NCBI RefSeq assembly: GCF_902713615.1
Contig: NW_024055482.1
Span: 62,001-126,000, forward strand
Reading direction: 5' to 3'
DNA from: Scyliorhinus canicula
Lineage: Eukaryota
Length of the DNA: 64,000 bases
This document shows positions 35,865-47,569 of the stretch, piece after piece. The position numbers and the translations under genes were made by a program. The notes under the pieces are model-generated. The model made no database searches. It saw only the letters and a list, made by a program, of their open reading frames with translations, and was not told the DNA's origin. The stretch's first letter is position 1; each line of letters starts with the position of its first letter.

Positions 35865-36330
35865 ACTCCGAATCTCACTCCGCTGCCGTACAATGCCGCC
35901 TTCTCCCCGCGAAAGGCCACCCGCCTTATCTGCAGCTCCGTCATCAGGTCTTGTTATGTTCATATGCCAGCGTCTTCCCACATCTCGCCTCTGCTTTGCC
36001 CAGCTCAAAACCCTCTCCTTCATGTGGTCGCTGTGGAAGCAGAATACCTGCCCTTGGTGGCTCATTCGCTTTAGGCTTCGGCCTGAGCGACCGATGTACC
36101 CTGCCCAACTCGTAGCGGGAGGCATCTTTCCCCTCCCTCATCAACTCCTCAAACATCCTCACAAAGTACTCAGCCGGCCTCAGGCCCTCCACCCCCTTGG
36201 GCAGGCCCACAATTCTCAAATTTAGCTTTCTCGACCTGCTCTCCAGGTCCTGCATCTTGGCTCTGGGCCCTTTGTTCACCTCCGCCACCCTCCGCAGCTC
36301 CTCACCCATCGAGGTGAACACTGTGTTTAG
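35865..36330 (-). mobile_element. Older L1 ORF1 fragment
   Basis: DLESRSRKLNLRIVGLPKGVEG...RPKPKANEPPRA peptide, frameshifted. Confidence 0.8.
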
Positions 36331-36454
36331 TGCAATTCACGTCCACTCTATTAATCCCTTTAACTGGGCTGGGGTTGAACATCAATAGGAAATAAATCAG
36401 AACTGTCAGAATGAACATGGTCCATTCTTGGGTGTAGGAATCCAATCCCTGTAA

Positions 36455-37297
36455 TCACATGTGAACTCTCTGGTGTTTCAGACGAGCGGATGGCTGAGTG
36501 AATCCTCTGCCACACACGGGGCAGGTGAACGGCTTCTCCCCAGAATGGATTCGCTGGTGGTTCATCAAATCCCTTCTGCTTTTAAAGCTACTCTCACAGT
36601 CAGAACATTGAAAAGGTCTCTCATCAATGTGAACAAGTTTATGTGCCTGAAGCTGTGATTTTGTAGCGAATCCCTTCCCACACTGAGTGCAGGTAAAGGG
36701 TTTCTCCCCAGTGTGAACTCGCTGGTGATTCCTAAGATTCGATGGACGAGTGAAACTCTTCCCACACTCAGTGCAGGTGAATGCTTTCTCTTCAGTGTGA
36801 ACTTGCTGGTGACTAAGAAGCAATGTTGATCTAATAAATCCCTTTCCACACACGGAGCAGACAAATGGCCTCTCACCAGTGTGGACACGCTTGTGATCAG
36901 TAAGGTGGGAAGAACAAGTGAATCTCTGCCCGCACTCAGAGCAGTGGAATGGTCTCTCCCCAGTGTGAACCCGTAGATGTTCAGTGAGGTTGGATGAACA
37001 CCGGAAGCTCTTCCCACACTGATAGCAAGCGTAGGGTTTCTCTCCAGTGTGAACTCGCTGATGTGTCATCAGACTGGACTCCCAGGTGAATTCCTTTCCA
37101 CAGGTGGAGCAGGTGAACAGCTTTTCTCTCGTGTGAACACGTTGATGATTAATTAGACCCCCAGCATTCTTATAGCTTTTCCCACAGTCGGAGCAGTTGA
37201 AAGTCCTCTCCCTGGTGTGACTACGTCGATGAATTTCCAGCCCCGATGGGGATCTGAATCCCTTCCCACAGTCCCCACATTTCCACGGATTCCCCAT
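36455..37297 (-). CDS. C2H2 zinc-finger protein, 280 aa, 10 fingers
   Basis: Ten CxxC-x12-HxxxH units with TGEKP/TGERP linkers; open frame. Confidence 0.9.
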   Translation of the reverse strand: MGNPWKCGDCGKGFRSPSGLEIHRRSHTRERTFNCSDCGKSYKNAGGLINHQRVHTREKLFTCSTCGKEFTWESSLMTHQRVHTGEKPYACYQCGKSFRCSSNLTEHLRVHTGERPFHCSECGQRFTCSSHLTDHKRVHTGERPFVCSVCGKGFIRSTLLLSHQQVHTEEKAFTCTECGKSFTRPSNLRNHQRVHTGEKPFTCTQCGKGFATKSQLQAHKLVHIDERPFQCSDCESSFKSRRDLMNHQRIHSGEKPFTCPVCGRGFTQPSARLKHQRVHM

Positions 37298-37324
37298 GAT
37301 GCCGGCGTCCTTGTGTTACCAAGG

Positions 37325-37640
37325 CAGTGGCGTAGGAGTATTGTCACTGTACTAATAATCTAGAGACCCAGGGTAATGGTCTGGGGACCCAGGTTCGAAT
37401 CCCACCGCGGAAAATGGTGAAATTTGAATTCCATAAGGATATGGAATTCAAATTCTAATGATGACCATCAAATCATTATCATTGGTTGTAAAAACCCATC
37501 TGGGTCACTGATGTCCTTCAGGTCTGGCCTACATATGACTCCAGATTCATAGCAATGTGGTTGATTCTTAAATGCCCTCAGGGATGGGCAATAAATGCTT
37601 TGACAACTCGCGATGCCCACATCCAATGAACAAATAAAAA
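37325..37640 (+). mobile_element. SINE-like repeat inserted just upstream of the ZNF start codon
   Basis: tRNA-like B box GGTTCGAATCCC; interrupts the degenerate finger remnants of the ZNF exon. Confidence 0.65.
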
Positions 37641-38119
37641 ACAGGCTGGATAATCAGTTGAAGCCTCCTCTACACACAGAACACATGTACGGTCTCTCCT
37701 TACTGTAAACGGTGCAATGTTTTTTCAGGCTGTGTAACTGTTAAAGCTCTTTCCACAGTCAGTTCACTGGAACTCTCTCACTCGTGTGTGTGGGTCTAGG
37801 TGCTTTTCCAGTCACACTGACGTTTCCACAGTCAGTTCACTGAAACACTCTCACTCGGGTGTGTGCTTGTCCAGTCACAATGATGTTTCAGATCCTTTCC
37901 CACAGGCAGAACAGACAAACATTTCTCCTTCCACATTCAAAGGCTGATGATAGTCAGACCATGATGAAGGTGTCAAATCCTCTCCTTCCAATCCACTGTA
38001 AAAGGAGTTGACAATGTCAGTATCACTTTCATTCCAGGATAGAAATTCAGAGCAAATAATTCTAATTTCTGTAGAATATTCTTTCATCTCTTGTTTCCCC
38101 AAATATCATCACAGATCAT

Positions 38120-39345
38120 TATAGAATTTACAGTGCAGAAGGAGGCCATTAGGCCCAACGAGTCTGCACTGGCCCCTGGAAAGTACACCCCACCCTATTC
38201 CCGTAACCACACCTAACATTTTTTTCGATACCAAGGGCTCTTTGTCATGGCCAATCCGCCTAACCTGCACAACTCTGGACTGACAAAGGGAGAATGTGCA
38301 GACTCCACACAGACAGTGACCAAGCCTGGAATCAAACCTGGGACCTTGAAGCTGTGAAGTAACTGCTAACCACTGTTGTACCGTGCCACCCAATCAAAGT
38401 AAAGGAAAGCAAAATCCCAACAAAAACAAAGGAAAGCAAGGGGATGGTGGTTTACAATACTGCCTCATGGCGCTGAGGACCCAGGATCGATCTGGCCCCA
38501 GGTCACTGTCCATGTGGAGTTTGTACATATTCCCCGTGTCTGTGTGGGTCTCACCCCCACAACCCAAAAAAGATGTGGAGGGTAGGTGGATTGGGCGCAC
38601 TAAATTTCCCCTTAATTGGAAAAAAGAATTGGGAACTCTAAATTTGGGGGGAAAAAACAAAGGAAAGTTTTTTTTAACTAAACCAGAATGTTTCTTTCAG
38701 TGTCTCAGAAACACTCTGCACCCTGAGGTACCAACAGTTGTGGAAGGTATCAAGTGTACTGGTGAACACCTCATGGTCCCACTCCAGGGCCACCTGAACA
38801 TTGACAAGACCACGGAAGAGAGGCCAGCAGCACTACGTTCTCCCCCATAGGACTCACCTATCTGGATCTACAAATTGGTGTTTTAAACAGATCAGGAGCA
38901 GACCCTCCGCTCCGAGTAGCCAACACCCCTCTGTGCAGTAAAGCTGACCTTCTCAAAGAGTATCCTGCCTAAGCCCACACCCCCATCCTATCCCCATAAC
39001 CCTACATGGGGCTGGTTTGGCACAGGGCGAAATTGCTGGCTTTTAAAGGAGACCAAGGCAGGCCAGCAGCGATTCAATTCCCGTACCAGCCTCCCCGAAC
39101 AGGTGCCGGAATGTGGCGACCAGGGGCTTTTCACAGTAACTTAATTTGAAGCCTACTTGTGACAATAAGTGATTTCCATTTTTTTTCACCTAACCTGCAG
39201 ATATTTGGGTTGTGGGAGGACAGCAGAACACCGGAAGAAATCCACCCAGACACAGGGAGAATGTGCAAACTTCACAATGACAGCCACCCGACCAATGAAT
39301 CGATTCCGGGTCTCTGTGAGGCAGCAGTGCCAACCACAGTGCCGC
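38120..39345. mobile_element. Cluster of SINEs (about 38120-38390 -, 38445-38650 +, 39008-39180 +, 39180-39345 -)
   Basis: HE1 V-domain cores and tRNA heads. Confidence 0.75.
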
Positions 39346-39439
39346 TAATTAACAATTTTAAACTAATCTCAATATCTGTAGTGCGGGCACTAGGACCCAG
39401 TTGGAAAAGAGACCCAAAAGTCCTGCCCATTCTCTCTTC

Positions 39440-39830
39440 GTCACCCTGACGCCAGCGCATGCGCTCTTCTCCTCGTTGAACCAACATGGCGGCCGTTCAA
39501 CCGGGTCTGATCCCAGGAACAGGATCCAGAGCCACAAACTCGCGACCGCAGGGTTTTATTTAGGGTTCGCGGACTTCACTCGGGAGCTGAGAAACTCTCC
39601 CCGTGCAGAGCTGGCTCGATCACTCCCCCTGGGATTCCATAGCCTTACCAGTTTATTGAAGCCCATCTGCACCACCTCTTCCCGGTTCTCTCCGACACGG
39701 AACAGAGGAGCCACCCAGAATGCCCCGCGGCCGGCTGACCCTGGAGCATGCGCACTCAGCGCCTGTGCAATGAGCCAGTTGGATAGAGCGGTTTCTGGGC
39801 CGCGGTGCATTGTGGGAACTACAGTCACCA
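39440..39830. promoter_or_regulatory. CpG-rich promoter, probable non-coding first exon of the 36.4-37.3 kb ZNF
   Basis: NRF1 GCGCATGCGC 39455-39464, YY1-like AACATGGCGGC 39483-39493, ZNF143-like TGCATTGTGGGAA 39806-39818; - strand donor CTG|GTAAGG at 39649/39648. Confidence 0.6.
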
Positions 39831-39879
39831 TTCATTAACTACAGCAGTAAAGTATTTTTATTTAATTTTAATTTTTAAA

Positions 39880-40175
39880 AAAATAATCTTTACTGTCACA
39901 AGTATGCTTATATTAACACAACTATGAAGTTACTAGGAAAAGCCCCTAGTCTCCACATTCCGACGCCTGTTCGGGTACACAGAGGGAGAATTCAGAATGT
40001 CGAATTCACCAACAAGCACGTCTTTCGGGACTTGTGGGAGGAAACTGGAGCACCCGAAGAAACCCACGCAGACATGGCGAGACGTGCAGAGTCTGCACAG
40101 ACAGTGATCCAAGCTGGAAATTGAACCCGGTAACCTGGTGCTGTGAAGCATCAGTGCTAATGACTGTGCGGTCGT
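39880..40175 (-). mobile_element. HE1-related SINE
   Basis: V-domain core on the - strand. Confidence 0.75.
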
Positions 40176-41418
40176 TCATTAGGCTGCAGGTGATGTTTTT
40201 AGCCTTGAGAAGTCCATGGACCAAGTATTTATTCAATGTGAAAGGTTGCAGTCCCTGCATAGTTACCTGAAGGCACCGCTCCTCAATATTTGGTTAATTT
40301 TGGTCCCGTAAGACGTGCTGTTAGGTAATTTGGACATTCTGAATTCTTCCTCTTTGTCCCCGAACTAGTGTGGTGACTTGGGGTTTTTCACAGTAACTTC
40401 ATTGCAATGTTAATATGAGCCTACTTGCGACGATAAAGATTACATTGACGAGGCGGGCAGGGGGGTCTTGTGCCTCAGTGTGGTTGCCTCTGAGCCAGAA
40501 TCTCGGGATACGAGTCCTACCCCAGGACTTGATGGCCAAGGAAAGTGTGTTCATAACCCGATCAAACAGGTTGAGTGTGTCAACCTACAAATGCTTCCAA
40601 ATGCACCAATGTCTGACGGTAAGAGTGGGAGAGAGTCCTGGTCAGCCACGTGTTGCGTGGGAGCCTCTCAAGTTAAAAACACCATGTAACGGACGAGCGA
40701 CCAGTTCCAGGAATTACTCGCTATGGAAACAGATGAACGTCTACCTTAGTTAACCACGAGTGGCAGAAGAAATAAATTGATGTTTTTGTCAGGTGCTAGG
40801 ACCCGGGTGGCAACAGGCACTGAAGCCCTGCCCACCATATTTTACATGTCCAAAACTAGACGCAAACACTCTCCCTATTAAATCAGCAATTAACCTTTGG
40901 CTTTTTGGGGGATAAAGACTGGAGCTGCAAATGAGGGACCACAAGTTCACATTCAGGGTTTGTGGCATTCACCAGGTGTTTAGAAACCCTCCACATCCAC
41001 CCAGCGGCTCCATCGCTCCCTCCGCATTCCACATCTTCACCAGTTTGGCGATACGACAGACAAGAGACTTACCATCACTATCACTGCGCATGCTCCGGAC
41101 ACCAGGCGGTACTGCGCTTGCGCACTGCTCTCTTGTGGTGAGAATAGAGGACAATCTCCACCGCAGGGGATACTGGGTATAAACACTGTCATTGAAAGTT
41201 AAAAACAGTGAATTGTTTTGCGATCATATGGCGAATGGGTGCGCTGAGGCAGGAATCAATAAAATTAAGAACCAAATTATACAGATACCCAAGTAAACCT
41301 TTCCTTCTGGTAATTTGGACATTCTGAATTCTTCCTCCGTGTACCCGAACAGGTGCCGGAGTGTGGCGACACAGGGGATTTTCACAGTTACTTCATTGAA
41401 CTGTAATGTAAGCCTACT

Positions 41419-41762
41419 TAGAACATAGAACAGTACAGCACAGAACAGGCCCTTCAGCCCTCGATGTTGTGCAGAGCAATGATCACCCTACTCAAACCCA
41501 CGTATCCACCCTATACCCGTAACCCAACAACCCCACCCTTAACTTTACTTTTTAGGACACTACGGGCAATTTAGCATGGCCAATCCACCTAACCCGCACA
41601 TCTTTGGACTGTGGGAGGAAACCGGAGCACCCGGAGGAAACCCACGCACACACGGGGAGGGCGTGCAGACTCCGCACAGACAGTGACCCAGCCAGGAATC
41701 GAACCTGGGACCCTGGAGCTGTGAAGCATTTATGCTAACCACCATGCTACCGTGCTGCCCCC
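41419..41762 (-). mobile_element. Full-length young HE1 SINE
   Basis: Same subfamily as 1274-1602 and 13974-14294. Confidence 0.9.
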
Positions 41763-42644
41763 ATTATTATTTTGACAATAATAAAGATTATTATTATTAT
41801 TATTGTGCATAAGCCAGTGGTTCTTTCTATCCAGGGGTCTTTTAATGCTCCTGAGGTAGGAATCTGACCTGAACTTGATTGTGTAATAATAATAATAATA
41901 ACAATCATTATTATTGTCACAGGTAGGGTATGAGAGGTCTATGAAATGCAGGACAGATTAATTGGTGAAAGGGATGCAAGGCTCAATGAGATGGTAATCG
42001 GAAATATAGAAAGATTTCTAACCCTGATGGTGGCCATTCTACAGGGTGGACGATTCAGTGAATCGAGAATGGTGAGAGTGTGGTGCTAATAACGCCAGGG
42101 TGACAGGGTTGGTCCCTGTGCTGGCTGTCCAAGTTCCCCTGTGTGCATACTTGCTTAATTCTGTTATGATTCTTGGATTTGGATTTATTGTCACGTGTAC
42201 CGAGGTACAGTGAAAGTATTGTTCTGTGTATAGTCCAGGCAGATCGTTCCATACCTGAAAACATAATACATACTATGGATTACCTCCAGAGTTGGCAATT
42301 CTAATGTACTCTTGACGGCTCTGCCACATTCTCGCATCTATAAAATTGAGGTAATTCAAAATTCTGTTGCCCCATGTCTTAACTTGCACACTATTTACAC
42401 AACGCACCTTCCTCCTCTAATTGTGGCCCCTCTTGCCCTCCATTTCAATTGTGCACGATTAGTGGCCCTGCTCCTTCAGTTGCCTCAACACTAAACTCTG
42501 GAATATGTTCTACCCACTTCCACATCCTGTCAGCCTGCTGAGATTTAAACCCGTGTCCCCAGATCATTCGCCTGAGCCTCTGGATAACTAGTCCAGATGG
42601 CATGCCCGCTGCACCATATTCTCCCCTCAACTTGGGGTGAGAAA

Positions 42645-42860
42645 AGGGCGGCACGGTGGCGTAGTGGTTAGCACTGCTGCCTCACAGTGCTGGGGACCCG
42701 GGTTCAATCCCGGCCACGGGTCACTGTCCATTTGGAGTTTGCACACTCTCCCGGTGTCTGTGTGGGTCTCACCCCCACAAACCAAAAGATGTGCAGGGTA
42801 GGTGTATTGGCCATGCTAAATTGCCCCTTAAGTGGAAAAGTTTATAAAAATGAAATAAAT
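42645..42860 (+). mobile_element. SINE with 13-bp target-site duplication
   Basis: TTGGGGTGAGAAA at 42632-42644 and 42861-42873. Confidence 0.88.
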
Positions 42861-42879
42861 TTGGGGTGAGAAAGCAGAT

Positions 42880-43850
42880 GAGCAGCAGAGTTTTGGATGA
42901 TTTCAGGTTTCCAGGTGCTGGGAAGCAGAGTTAATGTGAGAGGCAAGTCAGGAATGCATTGAATACTCAAACCTCAAGTTGATGTGGGTATGAATGAGGA
43001 TTTCAGCAGCAGACAAGCTGTGGTCGGCTGGAGACAGGTAACGTTACAGAGGTGGAATTACTTGGTGTTTGTGATAGTGTGGATATGTGATCAGAAACTC
43101 GTCTTGGATTTAAATCTGACACGGAGATTGTGAAGAGTGTGGTTCAACCTCAGACAATTCCCAGGGAGAGGGATGGACTCGGGAGTGGGATTTGAGGTGG
43201 TGGTGGCTTAGGTCTTCCCAATGTTTAATTGGAGGAAATTTCTGTTCATCCAGTGGATGTGGGATAAGCAGTTTGATAATTTAGTAACAGTGGAGGAATG
43301 GAGAGGGATGGGGTGAGGTAGAGCTGGGTGTTGTCAGTGTACATATAAAAACTAATAGTGTTTTGGACTGCGGGATAGTGGATAGCACTGATGCCTCATA
43401 GCACCAGGGACCCGGGTTTGAATCAGGCCTTGGATGACTGTCAGTATGGAGTTTGTGCATTCTCCCCAAATCTGTGTGGGGTTCCACCGGGTGCTCCCAC
43501 AGTCCAAAGATGTGCAGGTTAGGTGGTGTTATGGAGATAGGGTATGGTAGTGAGCCTAGCTAGGGCGCTCTTTCAGATGTACAGTGCTAACCCGATGGGC
43601 CGAATGGGCTCCTTCCACGCTGTAGGGATTCTATGGATTCTAGTGCCATCATGTCGATGAGAAATAGGAGGGGCCTAGGATAGATCCTTGGGGAACTCCA
43701 TGTTGGAGAGGAAAGGGAGGTTGGAGATGGGGTGGCCATTTGCAAACAAGTTGGGCGTCAAGGGTTGTTTTCTCGGGAAGGGTGAGGGTGGTGTATTTGA
43801 AAGTGAGAGGGGCAAAACCAGAAGAGAGAGAGAGAACTGTTAACAATGTC
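42880..43850 (-). mobile_element. L2 LINE RT fragment, interrupted by a SINE at about 43375-43645
   Basis: GVPQGSILGP and degenerate YADDTQLYL motifs on the - strand; a second, opposite L2 remnant lies at about 42300-42500. Confidence 0.75.
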
Positions 43851-44092
43851 AGTTAATGTGGGGAAATTGGATGGTCAGCAGTTTAGTGAGAATAGGGTCA
43901 ATGGAGCAGGAGTCAGGTCTCATAAACAAGATGAGATTGAACAGAACATGACAGGAGATCGGAGAGAAACCGGAGATAGATCCGAGTTCACACTCAGACA
44001 AGGGGGAGTTTTAGACACAGTTTGGCCTGGCGGAGTAAGTGGAAAGGAGGGAAGCAGCAGAGGCAACTGACCAGATTGTCCACTCACTGTAA

Positions 44093-45205
44093 TTACTTAT
44101 GAATTCGCTGGTGTCTCGTCAGGTTGGATGACTGTGTGAATCCCTTCCCACACTTGGGGCAGGTGTATGGCCTCTCCCTTGTGTGAACTCGCTGATGTGT
44201 CAGCAGGCTGGATGACTGAGTGAATGTCTTCCCACACTGGGAGCAGGTGAACGGTCTCTCCCCAGTGTGAGTTCGCTGGTGTACAGTGAGATCAGATGAT
44301 GTCTTGAACCCAGTTCTGCAGTAGGAGCACCTGAACGGTTTCTCATCAGTGTGAATATGTTGATGGCGCATAAGTTCTCCGGAACTTTTGAAGCACTTCT
44401 CACAGTCTTGGCATTTAAAAGGTTTCTCATCACTGTGAACACGTTGATGGTGGAGCAGTTCCCGGGAACTTTTGTAGCACTTCCCACAATCTTGGCATTT
44501 AAATGGTCTCTTCTCATTGTGAACACTCTGGTGATTCAGTAGAGTGGACAACTGAGTGAATCCCTTTCCACACTCAGAGCAAGTGTAAGGTCTCTCCCCA
44601 GTGTGAACCCGTTGGTGTGTCCGCAGGTTTGATGACCTACTGAACCTACTGCCACACATGGAGCAGGTGAACGGCCTCTCCCCAGTGTGAGTGCGCTGGT
44701 GTTCACTGAGTTGAGATGACTGCTTGAACCCAGTCCCACAGTGAGAGCATCTGAACGGTCGCTCGTTGGTGTGAACACGATGATGGAGTATCAGGTCCCG
44801 GGAACTTTTATAGCACTTCCCGCAGTCTGGGCATTTAAATGGTCTGTCGTCCGTGTGAACTTGCTGGTGCGTCATCAAGTCAGATGACCGAGTGAATCCC
44901 TTCCCACACTCCCGGCAGATGAATGGTCTCTTCCCAGTGTGAACTAGCTGGTGTCTCAGCAGGTTGGATGACTGAGCGAATCCCTTCCCACACACGGAGC
45001 AGTTGAATGGTTTCTCCCCGGTGTGCACTCACTGGTGTTGCAGCAGGCTGGATGATCGAGAGAATCCCTTCCCACAATCAGAGCAAGTGAATGACCTCTC
45101 CCCAGAGTATCTGGAATGATGAATTTCCAGTTGAGATGTGGATCTGAATCCCTCCTCACATTCCCATGGTTTCTCCTCACTGTGAACGGGGCTTTTTCCT
45201 TCCAT
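44093..45205 (-). pseudogene. C2H2 zinc-finger gene with an in-frame TGA at 45031-45029; 11 intact fingers downstream
   Basis: [14 protein letters not shown]...LLQHQ*VHTGEKP; the TGA is a likely CGA>TGA change. The first finger is also degenerate. Confidence 0.75.
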
Positions 45206-46136
45206 GGTCAAAATTCACAGATATTCAGGTTGCAACAAATCAGATCCTGATGTAACGTTTGGTTCGAGTTTTCTGACTGCAAATCTTCCCTTTGTAACAC
45301 TCTGTCAAATTGATTGAAAACAAAAAAAAGAGTGAGAGAGAACCCACAAAAACACAAAGGCAGATTGTAAAATTGACCTAAATAAATCTGGTCATTTGTG
45401 GGGCCAGCATTGGGTGAAAGTGACCATGAAAACTGCTGGATTGTCATAAAAGACAACTGGTTCACTAATGTCCTTCAGGAAAGGCAACCTACCACCTTGC
45501 CTTAACCCACCTTTGCAAGAACACAAGAAATAGGAGCAGAAGGAAACCATTCGGCCCGTCAAACCTGCTCTGCCATTGAACACAATTATGGCTGATCTTG
45601 GTCTTCCATTCCCCTTTCCTGCCAGCTCCCCAATCTCCTTCACTTCCTGAGAGACCAAAACTCTCACCATCGTAACCTTAAATATATTCAATGGTGGAGT
45701 ATCCACAATCCTTTGTGCTGGGGAATTCCATGTGACAAGAAAGACAGAGAGAGAGAGAAAAGTAGAGTGAGTCCTGGTGCAGAGACAGAAATTATGAGGG
45801 AAAGGGAGAGAGAGAGAAGGGAGTGGGAGTGACAGGAGCAATGGAGAGGCATTTTCGCAACCTAAATCGGAATCACAATTTGACAGAATCTCCAAAACCC
45901 TTAACCATCCCCTCAACAAACTCCATCCCTGTCTGTCTCTGCCAAATATCTGAGCTGAAGCAAACTGTTCACAACAATGGTGAAATATTTCACCCCTAGA
46001 TGAGCTCCCAAACACATATCCACATCGCCACCAACATCACCTATTTCGTAACGTTTCTCTGAAAAGTCTCAATATTTTATTCTGGTCCAGGCACAATATA
46101 AATACGAATTATTGTCACAGCTCTGGATACGTATCA

Positions 46137-46460
46137 GCCTCACGGTAGCATGGTGGTTAGCATCAATGCTTCACAGCTCCAGGGTCCCAGGTTCGATTCC
46201 CGGCTGGGTCACTGTCTGTGTGGAGTCTGCACGTCCTCCCCGTGTGTGCGTGGGTTTCCTCCGGGTGCTCCGGTTTCCTCCCACAGTCCAAAGATGTGCG
46301 GGTTAGGTGGATTGGCCATGCTAAATTGCCCATAGTGTAAGGTTAATGGGGGGATTGTTGGGTTACGGGTATACGGGTTACGTGGGTTTAAGTAGGGTGA
46401 TCATTGCTCGGCACAACATCGAGGGCCGAAGGGCCTGTTCTGTGCTGTACTGTTCTATGT
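46137..46460 (+). mobile_element. Full-length young HE1 SINE
   Basis: Complete head, V-domain and CR1-like tail. Confidence 0.92.
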
Positions 46461-46559
46461 ATCATTGTTATGCCCCATAAATAACAATATGTAACTCAGA
46501 GTGAAAAAGTTGGATGGACATTCTGAGATGAAGAAACATTGGTAAAAATGTTGCCCCCA

Positions 46560-46760
46560 ACAATGATGGCGACTGAGCCTGCGCTCTGCTCCAATAGATA
46601 GGTTAGGCGCGCGTGCGCACTGCAGCGAGCACGCAATTTAAAAAGGTGTCTGCGCATGCGCATGGACGCCAGTACGAAACAAAGATGGCGGTCGCTTCGT
46701 TCTGTGAGAAAGCTGCAGCCTCCGCTCAGGTCACCGGGTCCCGGTAGGTTATTTTTCCGG
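46560..46760. promoter_or_regulatory. Probable bidirectional promoter between head-to-head ZNF genes
   Basis: NRF1 TGCGCATGCGCA 46651-46662, YY1 AAGATGGCGG 46682-46691, + strand donor CCG|GTAGGT at 46743/46744; CpG-rich. Confidence 0.6.
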
Positions 46761-47569
46761 GTTTCCTGTTTCTATCATATGTTTACGAAGAGTGCCTAAC
46801 GACCGGGCTGATCCCACTGACCTGCCATTCTCACCTTTACGGATTGTGAATCGGAGAAAGAACCTTCTTCACGTCGCCATTAATCACACTGCGCATGCTT
46901 CACTCAGCCCAGTCCCGGCTCCTCCCATTCACTGCGATTGCTTGGAGGACCAGCTGCTCCCACTCGGGCCTCCGGTCCCGCCCCTCTGCTTCGGTTGGTC
47001 CGGAGATGCCGTCAATCATTCCCCGGGCATTGTGAGGTATCAGGTGAGAGGGCGAACAGAGTCAGCATAGTTTTGTGAAGGGGAAATCGTGTTTGAATCA
47101 TTTGCTGAAGTTCTTCGAAGATGTAACAAGCCAAATGGATAATGGGGGTACTGTAGATGTGTCTGGACTTCCAGAATACATTTGATGAGGTGCCGTACAA
47201 AAGGTAATAAACAAGGTAAGATCCCATGGGGTTGACAGGTAATGTAATATATAATATTTTTTAGTGTCACAAGTAGGCTTACATGAACTTACGTAATTCG
47301 GCAGCAGGTAGCACAAGTGGATAGCACGGTGGCTTCACAGCTCCAGGATCCCAGGTTCGATTCCCAGCTTGGGTCACTGTCTGTGTGAAGTCTGCACGTT
47401 CTCCCCGTGTCTGCGTGGGTTTCCTCTGTGTGCTCCGGTTTCCTCCCACAGTCCAAAGACATGCAGATAAGGTGGATTGGCCATGCTAAATTGCCCTTGG
47501 TGCCCAAAATAGGTTAGGAGGGGTTATTGGGTTACGGGGACAGAGTGGAAGGCACCCACTACCCTCGTG

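Noticed and set aside
1404-46335. Recurrent 61-aa ORF MVVSINASQLQGPRF... (five copies)
   Set aside because: It is a translation of the HE1 SINE body, not a gene family.
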